Shown: positions 20,384 through 31,063 of the stretch, piece by piece | How the letters are laid out: each line of letters opens with the position of its first letter | Position numbering within the stretch: the stretch's first letter is position 1 | From: Candidatus Cloacimonadales bacterium | Lineage (GTDB): Bacteria; Cloacimonadota; Cloacimonadia; Cloacimonadales; JAFGVF01 | Assembly: GCA_963662585.1 (NCBI GenBank) | Contig: OY759729.1 | Span: forward strand, 480,001 to 544,000 | Direction: 5' to 3' | Length of the DNA stretch: 64,000 nt | Notes under the pieces: model-generated | Seen by the model: the letters and a program-made list of their open reading frames with translations, nothing else | What the model was told of the DNA's origin: nothing | The model's database searches: none | Made by a program: the position numbers and the translations under genes

Positions 20384-21244
20384 ATGAAAACATTTTTAGA
20401 TTGTATTCCCTGTTTCATGAATCAAGCACTAAAAGCTGGCAGAATAGCAACTACAGACCAAATTAAAATAAAAAAGATACTAGATAAAGTTGGTAGTGTA
20501 ATTAAGGATATTCCTTTAGAAAATACCCCTCCCGAGACTGGTGGAATCATTTATCGAATAGTATCTGAAATCACTGGAGTTACTGATCCTTATCAAGATA
20601 TTAAACAAAAGAATATTGCTCAAGCTTTAGAGATTTATCCAGAATATCATCAGAAAATTCTTAATGTAGAAGATTCAAAAGAAAGACTTGCTTTAGCTAT
20701 CAAAATAGCATGTGCTGGAAATGTTATTGATTTAGGTGTCGAAAGAGTATTTAATCTTAAAAAAGATATTGAAGATGCCATTAGTCACCAGTTTAAAATA
20801 TGGGATTTTGAACAATTCTATACTAAATTAACTTCAGCAAAAACTATTCTTTATATCGGTGATAATAGTGGCGAGGCTGTTTTTGATAAAATCCTGATTG
20901 AACAACTAAATGCAGATGTTATTTTTGCAACCCGTGGAATCCCTGTTTTGAATGATATTACCATGAAAGAAGCAAAGCAAATAGGTATTGCTAAACATGC
21001 TATGATAATTTCTTCAGGAGTGACATGTCCTGGAGCGATTATTAATCAATGCAATAAGGACTTTCTTGATATTTTCAACACATCAGATATCGTTATTGCT
21101 AAAGGACAAGGCAACTACGAAGCACTTTCGACAGAGAAAAGAGATATTTTCTTTTTGTTAAAAGCTAAATGCCCAGTAATTGCTCAAGATGCACAAGTTA
21201 AAGTAGAAGATTTTATTTTTAAATTTAAAAGGAAAGGACAATAA
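20384..21244 (+). CDS. ARMT1/DUF89 damage-control phosphatase
   Basis: DCIPCF, GNVID, DNSGE, NDIT, AKGQGNYE, KAKC. Confidence 0.9.
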   Translation: MKTFLDCIPCFMNQALKAGRIATTDQIKIKKILDKVGSVIKDIPLENTPPETGGIIYRIVSEITGVTDPYQDIKQKNIAQALEIYPEYHQKILNVEDSKERLALAIKIACAGNVIDLGVERVFNLKKDIEDAISHQFKIWDFEQFYTKLTSAKTILYIGDNSGEAVFDKILIEQLNADVIFATRGIPVLNDITMKEAKQIGIAKHAMIISSGVTCPGAIINQCNKDFLDIFNTSDIVIAKGQGNYEALSTEKRDIFFLLKAKCPVIAQDAQVKVEDFIFKFKRKGQ

Positions 21245-21250
21245 ATTAAG

Positions 21251-23080
21251 CTAATATTTAACAACATGTTGCATAACAACTTCTATCAATTCTTTAGCAT
21301 TGATGGGTTTCCCGATATAGTCATCACATCCTGCCTTAAGACAAATATACTTGTCTTCAGCCAAGATATTAGCAGTTTGGGCAATAATAGGTACTTTTAT
21401 TCCTCGTGATCGAATCTCTTTGGTTGCATCAATTCCATTCATTCTAGGCATTTGAATATCCATTAAAATAAAATCGTATTTAATTTCACAAGCCTTCTTG
21501 ACAGCCTCTAGCCCATCTTCTGCCCTTTCTACCAGAATTCCTGCCTTTTCTAAAATTCTCTTAATAATCGAATAATTTATAGAAATATCTTCTACTACCA
21601 GAGCTTTTAGCCCTTGAATACTTGCATTTTTATGATTTTTATTATTTTCCTGCTTGAGCTCCTTAATTTCTACTGAGGTACTTACATTAAAGCTAATCGT
21701 ATTACCCATGATTTCATGATTATTTATCTTTAAGCCTTTCCCAAAATAACCACATAATTTATTGATTAAAGATATACCAAACTCTTCAGAATGAATATTC
21801 TTATTCTCTTCTAACCAGCTACCGGAAAGTACTTTACTTATATATTTATCTTCAAGAGCCTCACCTGTATCAGAAATTTGAAATAAAAGTCCTGAGTTAT
21901 CTAACACAGAGAAAATTAACCCTACCTCTCCTTTAGCAGTGCGATTATAAGCATCTAAAAGAAGACTTTTCAAAATTATGAGCAACTTATCAAAATCTGA
22001 ATAAATATAATAGTTCTTATCAGCAGGGGTATTCAAACTAAACTTAATATTTCTGTTATTAATTTCGCCAAAATAGCTCTTGAGTTTTGTTATAAGTGAA
22101 TCCAAATTAAAGGAAGACTTATTTATTGTCAGGGATTCAGCTTCTATCTTAGAATAAAGAACTATTTCATCAATCATCCTTAAAAGATTCTTACCACTAT
22201 CATTTATTTGTTTAATATCTGCTTCTGTACAGTAGCTATCAGCATTCTCCAAAAAGCTATCAGAAATTCCAATTATACTATTAAGAGGAGTTCTAATCTG
22301 ATGAGAAATATTCTTTAAAAATGTTTGTTGCAATAAGTTTGCTTTCTTCTCTTTTTGATAAGCTGTCTGAAGTTCCTCTGTTTTATCAGCTACCAAATTA
22401 TCTAATTTTTCGTTAGTATGAGTCAATATTTGATTATGTTTTACTACTTCTTCCCGCAATAAGAATTCATTAATTCTATGTAATTCTGAAGAATAAGAGT
22501 TAACCAATAGCATTACTAATACTGCATAAAAATACCAGTGATTTAACATGTATAAAGGGCCAATCCCTAAGCTAGTGAAGGTTGTATATTCGAAAGTTAT
22601 ACTAAAAAGAAATGAGCCTAATAAACAATTTACAAAAGATTGCCGGAAGAAAACATTAGATACTAATACAACAATGTAAAATCCAAAAAAATAGTAATTC
22701 TTTAAATCACTATTACTTGCAATTATCATATAGAGAATGGAAAGTCCTGATATTAATACTGTGAAACCAATTATTCTTTCTCCAAACTTATCGAAAAATT
22801 TAGAAAAGGAGAAAATATAACTACCAATTCCTAAGAATAGGCCAATGGATAATCTTAAAATCATTGCTTCCCAAAAGATATCATGGATTATAAAATAATC
22901 TGTAAAACCAAAGATTATATAGATAAATACCGATACTATAAGGGCTACTCTCCCATTACGAAGAAATGCTTCAATATTAGATTCATGAAACTTATCTTGT
23001 AAATCATCATCTACAAACCTAAGCGTTAGCTTATTATAATCCCCCCCTAAGGATTTAATTTTCTTTTGTATCTCAGTCAT
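21251..23080 (-). CDS. Membrane hybrid sensor kinase/response regulator with degenerate ATPase domain
   Basis: About 6 TM helices, H-box SHQIRTPLN, receiver VVEDI...MDIQMPRMNG...KP. Confidence 0.85.
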   Translation of the reverse strand: MTEIQKKIKSLGGDYNKLTLRFVDDDLQDKFHESNIEAFLRNGRVALIVSVFIYIIFGFTDYFIIHDIFWEAMILRLSIGLFLGIGSYIFSFSKFFDKFGERIIGFTVLISGLSILYMIIASNSDLKNYYFFGFYIVVLVSNVFFRQSFVNCLLGSFLFSITFEYTTFTSLGIGPLYMLNHWYFYAVLVMLLVNSYSSELHRINEFLLREEVVKHNQILTHTNEKLDNLVADKTEELQTAYQKEKKANLLQQTFLKNISHQIRTPLNSIIGISDSFLENADSYCTEADIKQINDSGKNLLRMIDEIVLYSKIEAESLTINKSSFNLDSLITKLKSYFGEINNRNIKFSLNTPADKNYYIYSDFDKLLIILKSLLLDAYNRTAKGEVGLIFSVLDNSGLLFQISDTGEALEDKYISKVLSGSWLEENKNIHSEEFGISLINKLCGYFGKGLKINNHEIMGNTISFNVSTSVEIKELKQENNKNHKNASIQGLKALVVEDISINYSIIKRILEKAGILVERAEDGLEAVKKACEIKYDFILMDIQMPRMNGIDATKEIRSRGIKVPIIAQTANILAEDKYICLKAGCDDYIGKPINAKELIEVVMQHVVKY

Positions 23081-23495
23081 GGAATAAATACCTCAGATAA
23101 TAGAATAGTTATAAAATAGATTTAAACAATATTTAATTTATAAAATTCTATTTCTAAGGATTAGAGACTCTTAGCTATTTATTCAAGTCTGGTGGAAATT
23201 ATTCTACATTTCTTTGCACCTTATTATTGCATTACAGTAAGTTAGAGTTTATAGTGCACAATAAATAGAATTTTTTTGCTAAATAAGATTTAAATCTGTA
23301 GAGATAAGTCGTAAATCCTCAGCGGGGATATTCGAAGAATAACACAGTAATGAAAATTAACATTGACCTTATTATTTCTATCAGACTTGAACTTGAGATT
23401 AATAAAATAATCAATTGACAAATTAGGAGTCATTTTTTTTATGATAATCTCTTGTTGTGGGTGGTGTTAAGATATTAATGACAAAGGAGGTAAAG

Positions 23496-24572
23496 ATGAA
23501 AGAGAGAATTATTGGTCTTGATGTTGCCAGAGCTTTGGCTGTATTTGGGATGATAATAGTAAATTTTAAAATAGTTCTTGGAACAGAAGGAGCTACTTGG
23601 GCAAAGAGCTTTGCTGGTATTCTTGAAGGTAAAGCAGCAGCTACCTTCGTTGTATTAGCTGGTATTGGGATTGCTTTTATGACTAAAAGCTCAATTTTGG
23701 AACAGAAGGCTCATAAACTCAACTTAGTCAGAAAAAAGATAGTTAAAAGAGCCTTACTTCTCTTCATTCTTGGTATTTCTTACATTGTTATTTGGCCAGC
23801 TGATATTCTTCATTTCTACGGAATATATATGTTAATCACTCTTCTCTTGATAAAAAGCAGTAACAAAACCATCATAACAACAGCCTTAAGCTTAATATTT
23901 ATCTATCCCTTGCTGATGATATTTATTAACTATGAAACAGGCTGGGATTTCATAACTTTGAACTATCATGATTTTTGGACTATTCCAGGTTTTATCAGAA
24001 ACCTGTTCTATAACGGTTTTCATCCTGTTGTTCCTTGGACATCTTTCATGATAATGGGTTATTGGTTAGGAAAGCAAGATCTCCATAAAGTCAAATTTGT
24101 TAAAAGATGTTTAACATACTCTATAATTACTTTCATTTCCCTACAGCTTTTTTCATTTCTTTTAATACTCCTTTTAGCAAATGGAGATATAAAAACTACA
24201 ACTGAGCTAAAAGAAGTATTAGGAACTAATCCTATGCCTCCCTTACCTATTTATATGATAAGCGGAATTTCCATTGCTTTTACCATAATCTCAGCTTGTA
24301 TTTTGCTAGGTTATAAATTCAAAGATAATAAAGTAATCCATATTTTAAAGCAGACAGGACAATTAGCTTTAACCTTTTATGTCGCTCATGTAATTGTTGG
24401 GATGGGAATCATTGAAATGATTAATCCAGATAAAATAGGAAATTATTCTATTGAGTTTTCAGTAATTTACGCCTTAGGCTTCAGTCTTTTAACAATGCTA
24501 TTCACAGTCGTTTGGTTAAAATATAAAAAAAAAGGACCCTTAGAATGGATTATGCACAAATTAATAGAATAA
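23496..24572 (+). CDS. DUF418 / HGSNAT-like membrane protein
   Basis: RIIGLDVARALA, DILHFYG, GPLEW; start placed at the ATG after AAGGAGG. Confidence 0.85.
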   Translation: MKERIIGLDVARALAVFGMIIVNFKIVLGTEGATWAKSFAGILEGKAAATFVVLAGIGIAFMTKSSILEQKAHKLNLVRKKIVKRALLLFILGISYIVIWPADILHFYGIYMLITLLLIKSSNKTIITTALSLIFIYPLLMIFINYETGWDFITLNYHDFWTIPGFIRNLFYNGFHPVVPWTSFMIMGYWLGKQDLHKVKFVKRCLTYSIITFISLQLFSFLLILLLANGDIKTTTELKEVLGTNPMPPLPIYMISGISIAFTIISACILLGYKFKDNKVIHILKQTGQLALTFYVAHVIVGMGIIEMINPDKIGNYSIEFSVIYALGFSLLTMLFTVVWLKYKKKGPLEWIMHKLIE

Positions 24573-24592
24573 CAAATAGTTAGGAGGGAAAA

Positions 24593-25819
24593 ATGTTAAG
24601 CAAGATAGTTCTATATTCCCCATTAATGCCCTTAGAAGTAGCTCAGCAGAAATACGAGAGTGTTTTTGGAAAAGCATCAGAGCTAATTTTCTCAGCTCAG
24701 AAAATAGCCAATTTCTCTTCTGATTTTACCATTATCTACATTCTTACAGGTGGAGTGGAAAGAATTGCTCAAGATATTATCACTAATACTAAGCAAAAAG
24801 TCTTATTAATAGCCTTGGAAAATGATAATTCTCTAGCAGCATGTTATGAATTAAAAGCTTTCAATTCTGATACTAAAGTGAATATGCTATATGTAGCAAA
24901 ATCACAAAATCGTCAGAATATTGATCAATACATGCTGAAAGTTATGACCAAAATCGATGCTTTTATAAAAATATCCCAATACCATACTGCAATCATTTGC
25001 ACCAATTTCGGAATTATTGGAGGTATTTCAGACTGGTTAATAAACTCTCAAGCTCAACCTTTCCCTAAGGAATTTGAAATTAACCCTGTTGAAATTAGAC
25101 TAACTGAAATTATGAAGATCTACAGAGACACAGATAAGCAGGTTATTGAACCAATTTTACTTGAATGGAATGAAAAGTATAATCTTGAAAACATAAAAAG
25201 TGAAGAGCTCGAAAAGTCAGCCTCGTTGTTTTATGCTCTTTATGAAATTGTTAAAAAGTATGATTTATCTGCTGTGACCATCAAGTGTTTTGACTTATTA
25301 CCTTTCAAAGTTACAGCCTGTTTAGCTCTGGCAGAACTTAATGACATTGGGATTATAGCTGGTTGTGAAGGTGATACCCAGGCCCTTTTTACTCTCTTTA
25401 TAGCAAAAATTATTACTAAAGAAGTTCCTTGGATGGCTAATATTTCTGATATAAATATTAAAAGGAACACTCTTCAGTTAGCTCATTGCACAGTACCTAC
25501 CCTATTTTTGTCTAAAAAGAACAATATTACCTTAGATACTCACATGGAATCAGATTTAAGTTTAGCAATTTGTGGAGATCTTCCTTTAGGCAAGGTAACC
25601 ATAATTCGTATAGGCAAATCTCTTTCTCAACACTTTATTATGGAAGGAGAAGTTATAGCTTCCAATATGGGAAATAAAAATATATGTCGAACCCAGACCA
25701 TAATTAAGATTAATGAAAGTAGCAACTGGTACGATAAGTTAGTAGGTAATCACCAAATTCTTGTTAAAGGACACCATAAAAGAGAAATTAGAAGTTATTT
25801 AGATTATATTTCTGATTAG
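24593..25819 (+). CDS. L-fucose isomerase-like protein
   Basis: LTGGVE, CLALAELND..AGCEGD, AHCT, THMES, CRTQ, GNHQ. Confidence 0.75.
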   Translation: MLSKIVLYSPLMPLEVAQQKYESVFGKASELIFSAQKIANFSSDFTIIYILTGGVERIAQDIITNTKQKVLLIALENDNSLAACYELKAFNSDTKVNMLYVAKSQNRQNIDQYMLKVMTKIDAFIKISQYHTAIICTNFGIIGGISDWLINSQAQPFPKEFEINPVEIRLTEIMKIYRDTDKQVIEPILLEWNEKYNLENIKSEELEKSASLFYALYEIVKKYDLSAVTIKCFDLLPFKVTACLALAELNDIGIIAGCEGDTQALFTLFIAKIITKEVPWMANISDINIKRNTLQLAHCTVPTLFLSKKNNITLDTHMESDLSLAICGDLPLGKVTIIRIGKSLSQHFIMEGEVIASNMGNKNICRTQTIIKINESSNWYDKLVGNHQILVKGHHKREIRSYLDYISD

Positions 25820-25854
25820 AAATCAAAAGATTAAGGGAAATTCAATTAATATTG

Positions 25855-26415
25855 TTAGAGTTGAAAACTAAGCAGGATGCCAATCATAAAAATGTGTTCA
25901 TGAAAATCGATAACGAATTCCTTATTCTCTTCTTTTCGTGAATATAGGTATTTATATTCTCCATAAGCTCCGAATTTCCAGACTATTCTATAACTTAATC
26001 CAACTTCAATATCGAAGAGCCAGTTTTTGTTATGCTTGTCTAAGTATCCTTCTACAGGGACTTGTAAAACACCAAATCCTCCTCCAGCAAAGAGCTTAAA
26101 TCTATCGGGAATAAAGGGCCTATGGATATAAAAAATGTTTATAGCTGTAAAGTCTGATATTTCATACCAGTGAGTAGGACCTGGACTATTAGTATAATAT
26201 TCTCCTGTAAGAGATATCGCAAGAGGTAAAGGTAAATATTGAAAATCAAGAGCAAGCTGTCCCCCACCCAATTTTCCTATTTCAGAACGATTATCATTAA
26301 ACCCGCCTTGTCCCCATCTAAAAGTAAATTCAAATTTATCTTTATTAACAGATTCAAGGCTTTGAATACAAAGTAATAAAAGAAGAAATAGTACTACTTT
26401 AAAGCATTTCATCAT
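25855..26415 (-). CDS. Small outer-membrane beta-barrel protein
   Basis: Signal peptide and amphipathic strands (FAGGGFG, YGEYKY). Confidence 0.55.
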   Translation of the reverse strand: MMKCFKVVLFLLLLLCIQSLESVNKDKFEFTFRWGQGGFNDNRSEIGKLGGGQLALDFQYLPLPLAISLTGEYYTNSPGPTHWYEISDFTAINIFYIHRPFIPDRFKLFAGGGFGVLQVPVEGYLDKHNKNWLFDIEVGLSYRIVWKFGAYGEYKYLYSRKEENKEFVIDFHEHIFMIGILLSFQL

Positions 26416-26512
26416 ACTTCCTTCAGAGATATAATAATCTCCTCTAATAATATAAGCTATAAATATTATAAGTCAAGTAATACTATTTCAGTATTTTATA
26501 ATCTAAAAAACA

Positions 26513-27370
26513 TTAACTTTTATCAGAATAAATTTGATTATAGATATGATCCAGAGATATCTTATTTTCAGAAATTGAGAGGATATGTAAATGCTCCAGC
26601 TCTTTTAGTTTCTTGTATAAGTCTCTTTCATCCTTGACAATTAAGCTTTTTTCTTGAGAATTTTCCAAGTATGAGATATTAAAACTTTTATCAATTTGAT
26701 ACTTTTCCATCAATCTTTTTAGGGTATCAGAGACTATTAATTTACCATCTTTCATGATTGTGATTAGCTCTGAAACAGCTTCTATTTCATGTAAATTATG
26801 AGATGAAAGAACAATTGTTTTATCACCATTTTTCATATAATCTTTAAGAATTGTAGAAATATCTTTAACAATGACAGGGTCTAAGCCAGCAAAGGGCTCA
26901 TCAAGAAATAGAATTTCCGGTTCATTAAGGAAAGTAGCACCGATAATTGTCTTTTTATACATTCCCGTAGATAGTTTAGATATTTTCTTTTTTAAAAACT
27001 CTGAAAGATCAAATTGTTCAATCAAGTCATTAATCTTTTTCTTTTTATTTTTAATACCATAAATATCTGCGAAGAAAGATAGGGTTTCACTGACCTTAAG
27101 TTCATCATAGAGTTTTAATTTCTCAGTTAGAAATCCTACTTTTTGGATCTCTGATTTAGTCATTTTACTAAGAGCTTTCCCTCTAAAGAGAACACTTCCT
27201 TTTTCAAAGGGAATAACTTTATTAGCTATCATAAAGGCAGTTGTTTTCCCAGCCCCATTATGTCCCAAGAGAGCTTGAATCTTGCCTTCTTCTATTTGCC
27301 ATGAGAATTCATCTAAAGCATTATGTTTCTTATAAGATTTCGTTACCTGTTCAAATTTAAATAAACTCAT
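26513..27370 (-). CDS. ABC transporter ATP-binding protein
   Basis: GHNGAGKTT, LSTGM, LFLDEPFAGLD, SSH. Confidence 0.95.
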   Translation of the reverse strand: MSLFKFEQVTKSYKKHNALDEFSWQIEEGKIQALLGHNGAGKTTAFMIANKVIPFEKGSVLFRGKALSKMTKSEIQKVGFLTEKLKLYDELKVSETLSFFADIYGIKNKKKKINDLIEQFDLSEFLKKKISKLSTGMYKKTIIGATFLNEPEILFLDEPFAGLDPVIVKDISTILKDYMKNGDKTIVLSSHNLHEIEAVSELITIMKDGKLIVSDTLKRLMEKYQIDKSFNISYLENSQEKSLIVKDERDLYKKLKELEHLHILSISENKISLDHIYNQIYSDKS

Positions 27371-27384
27371 TGTTCCTCCTGAGA

Positions 27385-28395
27385 CTACATTGATTTGATA
27401 ATAGTTCTCTTCATAAAGAAAATACTCATGAAGAAAAGAATTACAGTGGTTCCTGAAATGATGAATAACTGCTGATAAGAAACATCATTTCTAATGATTT
27501 GTTCTATCAATTCTGAAATTAAAATAAGAGGGTTTACTTTCAGAATTGTTGTTACTAAAGGAGATAGGCTCTCTTTGATTGCTCCATAAAACACAGAGGG
27601 AAACCAGAAAAGCGTGGGTAAGATAGCTTTAAATCCCTCATTGGCTGTTACTGAGGAGAAGAATATACCTAACATGCCAGTAGGAATGATGATAAAGGGA
27701 AGATACCAAATCATAGCCAAATTGAGTGATAACTGTTTTGTTAATATTGCCACAGAATAGAAGACAGTAAAGGTAAGAATTTGCATAGCGAATACACCTA
27801 AGAGCTTACTTATGATTAATTCTCCTTTACTAACACCAGATTTTAAAATAATAAGAATGTTATGTTTTTTTATCTCTAAATTCATCAAGGCAGAACCGTA
27901 ATTTAAGGATGAAAAGAGTAATAAGAAATTAAATACCATAGAGAGTAAGGCGTAGTTCATACTAAAAGTCTTTTTCAAATTAAAGTGCTTTGTCTCTATA
28001 GGATAAAATTTACTGCGTAAAATATTATATACAAAGGTTGATTTATTCTTATTCATATTTATATAGAGAGTCTTTTCCCCTTCATCTAAATAATAGATAA
28101 CTGGTAACTTGCCCTTATCAAAGTCCAAAAGTAACTCTTCCTTGTCTGCATACTCAATATTCACTGGAATAATTTCTTCTAAATATTCAAAACTCTGTTG
28201 ATCTTGATTATCAAATTCATAAGCTAAATTTTTATCTACCCATATTTTTAGATTGTTAGCGGAAGACTTCTCCATGAATCCAAACAAAAAAAGATACAGG
28301 AGAGGAAAACCTAAAGAGAATATCAACATAAAAGGACTCTTATATTGGATTTTAAAATCCTTAATTACCAATGCAATAAACTTTCTCACACTCAC
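27385..28395 (-). CDS. ABC-2 type exporter permease
   Basis: One N-terminal TM, a soluble domain and 5 C-terminal TMs with NPL motif; adjacent to the ATPase. Confidence 0.8.
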   Translation of the reverse strand: MSVRKFIALVIKDFKIQYKSPFMLIFSLGFPLLYLFLFGFMEKSSANNLKIWVDKNLAYEFDNQDQQSFEYLEEIIPVNIEYADKEELLLDFDKGKLPVIYYLDEGEKTLYINMNKNKSTFVYNILRSKFYPIETKHFNLKKTFSMNYALLSMVFNFLLLFSSLNYGSALMNLEIKKHNILIILKSGVSKGELIISKLLGVFAMQILTFTVFYSVAILTKQLSLNLAMIWYLPFIIIPTGMLGIFFSSVTANEGFKAILPTLFWFPSVFYGAIKESLSPLVTTILKVNPLILISELIEQIIRNDVSYQQLFIISGTTVILFFMSIFFMKRTIIKSM

Positions 28396-28464
28396 CTCAA
28401 TATTTTATTTTTTCTTATTTTCGAAAATAGTCTTTAGTTGTCAATATGAAATTATTTTAGGAAT

Positions 28465-28499
28465 AAAAAAGGGAGAATTATCTCTAAGATACTTCTCCC
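28465..28499 (-). terminator. Terminator of the lipoprotein gene
   Basis: GGGAGAA...TTCTCCC stem, then 6 T on the minus strand. Confidence 0.6.
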
Positions 28500-28522
28500 A
28501 AGTTATATCAATTTTTATTTAC

Positions 28523-29323
28523 TTATTGAGCAAGTGCTTTAATAAGATTATTTATTTTAAGAACTTTCTTTTCTGTATCAATATTTTTGTAACTATATTC
28601 TTCATTATAATCATCTGAAGCTAAAACAATGATGTTTTTTCCTGACAGCTTATAATTAATAGCTTGAACACCATATTCATACCAACTATAACCAGGTATT
28701 ATATATTGTGAGTAATTACTTTTTGAGAAGGTATAACTTCTTGTTGAGCCACTTACTTCAGCATCAAGCCAAACACCATCATCAGAATCATCCCAAAAAT
28801 AACTTTCACATTGGAAATCAACAACTTGGCTTTGTGCATTTTCACTTAATGTCCAATTAACAGTAAAATCACTTTCTAAGTCTAAAGCCTGAGTTTGAAC
28901 ATTTGGTTTTGCAGGCAGTGTCATAACTTGGTTATAGCTAGTTCCATTGAGATTAAAATGAATATCTAATTCTGTTCCAGGATCCATAACTAATTCTGTA
29001 GGTATCATAGAGTTATCAATAAGAATACCATAAGAGAAATATTGATCGAATTGAGAGAAATCCATCCAGTTACCGTTAATATCAATAACATTACCATTAA
29101 TAGTTAACTCACTTGATGTGACATTATCCTTGGTTGCTATCATTATCCTAAATTCACTATCAGTTCCACTAATAAACAAATAAGAATCTAAGGCTGAGAA
29201 AGGATCATCAGACGAGAAATCTACTGATGTTGGCGAAGAGCTTGAGCTATTACTATCATCTCCGCACCCAATCATACTAGCTAATAAAAAAATAATACTA
29301 AACAAATAAATGACTTTTTTCAC
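28523..29323 (-). CDS. Hypothetical lipoprotein
   Basis: Lipobox-like MIGC followed by a Ser-rich linker. Confidence 0.7.
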   Translation of the reverse strand: MKKVIYLFSIIFLLASMIGCGDDSNSSSSSPTSVDFSSDDPFSALDSYLFISGTDSEFRIMIATKDNVTSSELTINGNVIDINGNWMDFSQFDQYFSYGILIDNSMIPTELVMDPGTELDIHFNLNGTSYNQVMTLPAKPNVQTQALDLESDFTVNWTLSENAQSQVVDFQCESYFWDDSDDGVWLDAEVSGSTRSYTFSKSNYSQYIIPGYSWYEYGVQAINYKLSGKNIIVLASDDYNEEYSYKNIDTEKKVLKINNLIKALAQ

Positions 29324-29744
29324 TTTTACTCCTTTTTACCATTATAGTACAAACATAATTAAGTTCTTATATCATTATCGTCAAGAAAAATAAATTCATG
29401 TGAATTATAAAAATCTACTTAAATGATAATTCATAGAAATAAAGGGATATTTTCAAAATTATGATTAAGGACATTAACTGTTCATAATCAAGAGATTAAA
29501 AAGCAAAATAGTAAGAAAGGAACTGGATCAAATAAGAAATGCGTGTAATCAGGCAAGACTATATAATTAGCAGGATTTGTTGATAAGGGTTTTATCTTTC
29601 AATCAGAGCGGAATTAACAATAATTTATATAATGATTTTTTAAGAATAATTATAAACTAAAAGGTAACAAACTATTTTCTTAATTTGCCAAATAGCTTTT
29701 TTGGATTAGTATCTATTATTATATTAAAAATATTGGAGAATTAA

Positions 29745-29987
29745 ATGGAAAAGAGACTTTCAGTAATAGTATTCACTACTCCAACTTGTAGCTGGTGTAG
29801 AAAAGTGAAAAGTTATTTAAAAGAGAAGCAAGTTAGATTTAAAGAAGTAGATGTCTCAAGAGATGCTCAAGCTATGCGGGATATGGTAAAGAAATCAGGT
29901 CAAATGGGTGTTCCTCAGTTATGGATTAATAACAAACCTGTGGTTGGTTTTGATAAAGCTAAGATTGATAAATTAATTTCAAATTAA
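29745..29987 (+). CDS. Glutaredoxin-like protein (NrdH/YruB type)
   Basis: CSWC, GQMGVP, VVGFD; GGAG RBS. Confidence 0.9.
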   Translation: MEKRLSVIVFTTPTCSWCRKVKSYLKEKQVRFKEVDVSRDAQAMRDMVKKSGQMGVPQLWINNKPVVGFDKAKIDKLISN

Positions 29988-30019
29988 ATGCCTTTTAGCA
30001 GTATCATCTTTGCAGGGGT

Positions 30020-30796
30020 TTATGGACTGGGGGCGTCTCTGCCGCCAGAAGAAATAAGAAGCAGGGACTCATCCATTCCTTATTAGGTGCTAGACTACTT
30101 AAGAATACCCAGCATTTCATGTTGGGTGCAGGCAAGATGCCTGCGTTCCCAGTTAGGGATGCTTCCACTCCATAGAAGAAAACACCCCGTCATCTTCGAT
30201 GCCACCCCTCTTTTAGCGTGCCTTCAGCACTAAAGCGGGGAGTTTAAGAGGTTTAGAACACGAGGCATTTCAGTCCCCTCTGGAGAAGAGGGGTGCCTGT
30301 GCAGCAGGTGGGGTGTTGAAAATGTACCAGTTTAAACTTCCATCTACAATTCCCATGGAAGCGGGGACGCTTCCATTCTATAGGAATCACCCCCTGTGTC
30401 CCCCTCGCGGAGGGGGATTTAAAAAACACCCCGTCATCTTCGATGCCACCCCTCTTTTAGCGTGCCTTCAGCACTAAAGCGGGGAATTTAAGATTCACGG
30501 ACTTAAGGTCCGTAACCCCAGTTAATCACTAAAGAGGGGAATTTAAATTGTAATAATCCCTCTTCTGTCGGATTGCATGCACCCTTGCATGCGAAAAACC
30601 TTATCAAAATCTTATATTATCTTAAGAAGAAACACGCGAGGTATTTCAGTCCCCTCTGGAGAAGAGGGGTGCCTGCGCAGCAGGCGGGGTGTTGAAAATG
30701 TATCAGATTAAACTGCCATCTACAATTCCCATGGAAGCGGGGACGCTTCCATTCTATAGGAATCACCCCCTGTGCCCCCCTCACGGAGGGGGATTT
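30020..30796. repeat. Mosaic of REP-like palindromic units (BIME-like), cluster 2
   Basis: Repeated units ACACCCCGTCATCTTCGATGCCACCCCTC, ATGGAAGCGGGGACGCTTCCAT, CCCCCTGTGTCCCCCTCGCGGAGGGGGAT and CCCCTCTGGAGAAGAGGGG. Confidence 0.9.
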
Positions 30797-31063
30797 AGGA
30801 AATCTATTTTTGCAAAAGCATTTTTCTTTGAATAGTATTCTTATCAGTTTTTATTCTATAGAAGTAAAGGCCACTAGCTACAGGTCTATTTTGAGCATCT
30901 GTGCCATTCCAAACTACATTTTTGATACCTACAGATACTTGGTCATTAAGCAAAGTTTTCACTAATTGACCGCGTAAATTATAGATTTGCACATTAGCTT
31001 TACCAGCTTGAGGCATGTTAAAACTAATAGTAGTCTCAGGATTAAAAGGATTTGGGTAATTTG
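30156..31063. repeat. ~0.9 kb direct repeat, copy 1 (REP mosaic plus CTD coding end)
   Basis: Near-identical to 37157-38089. Confidence 0.92.
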
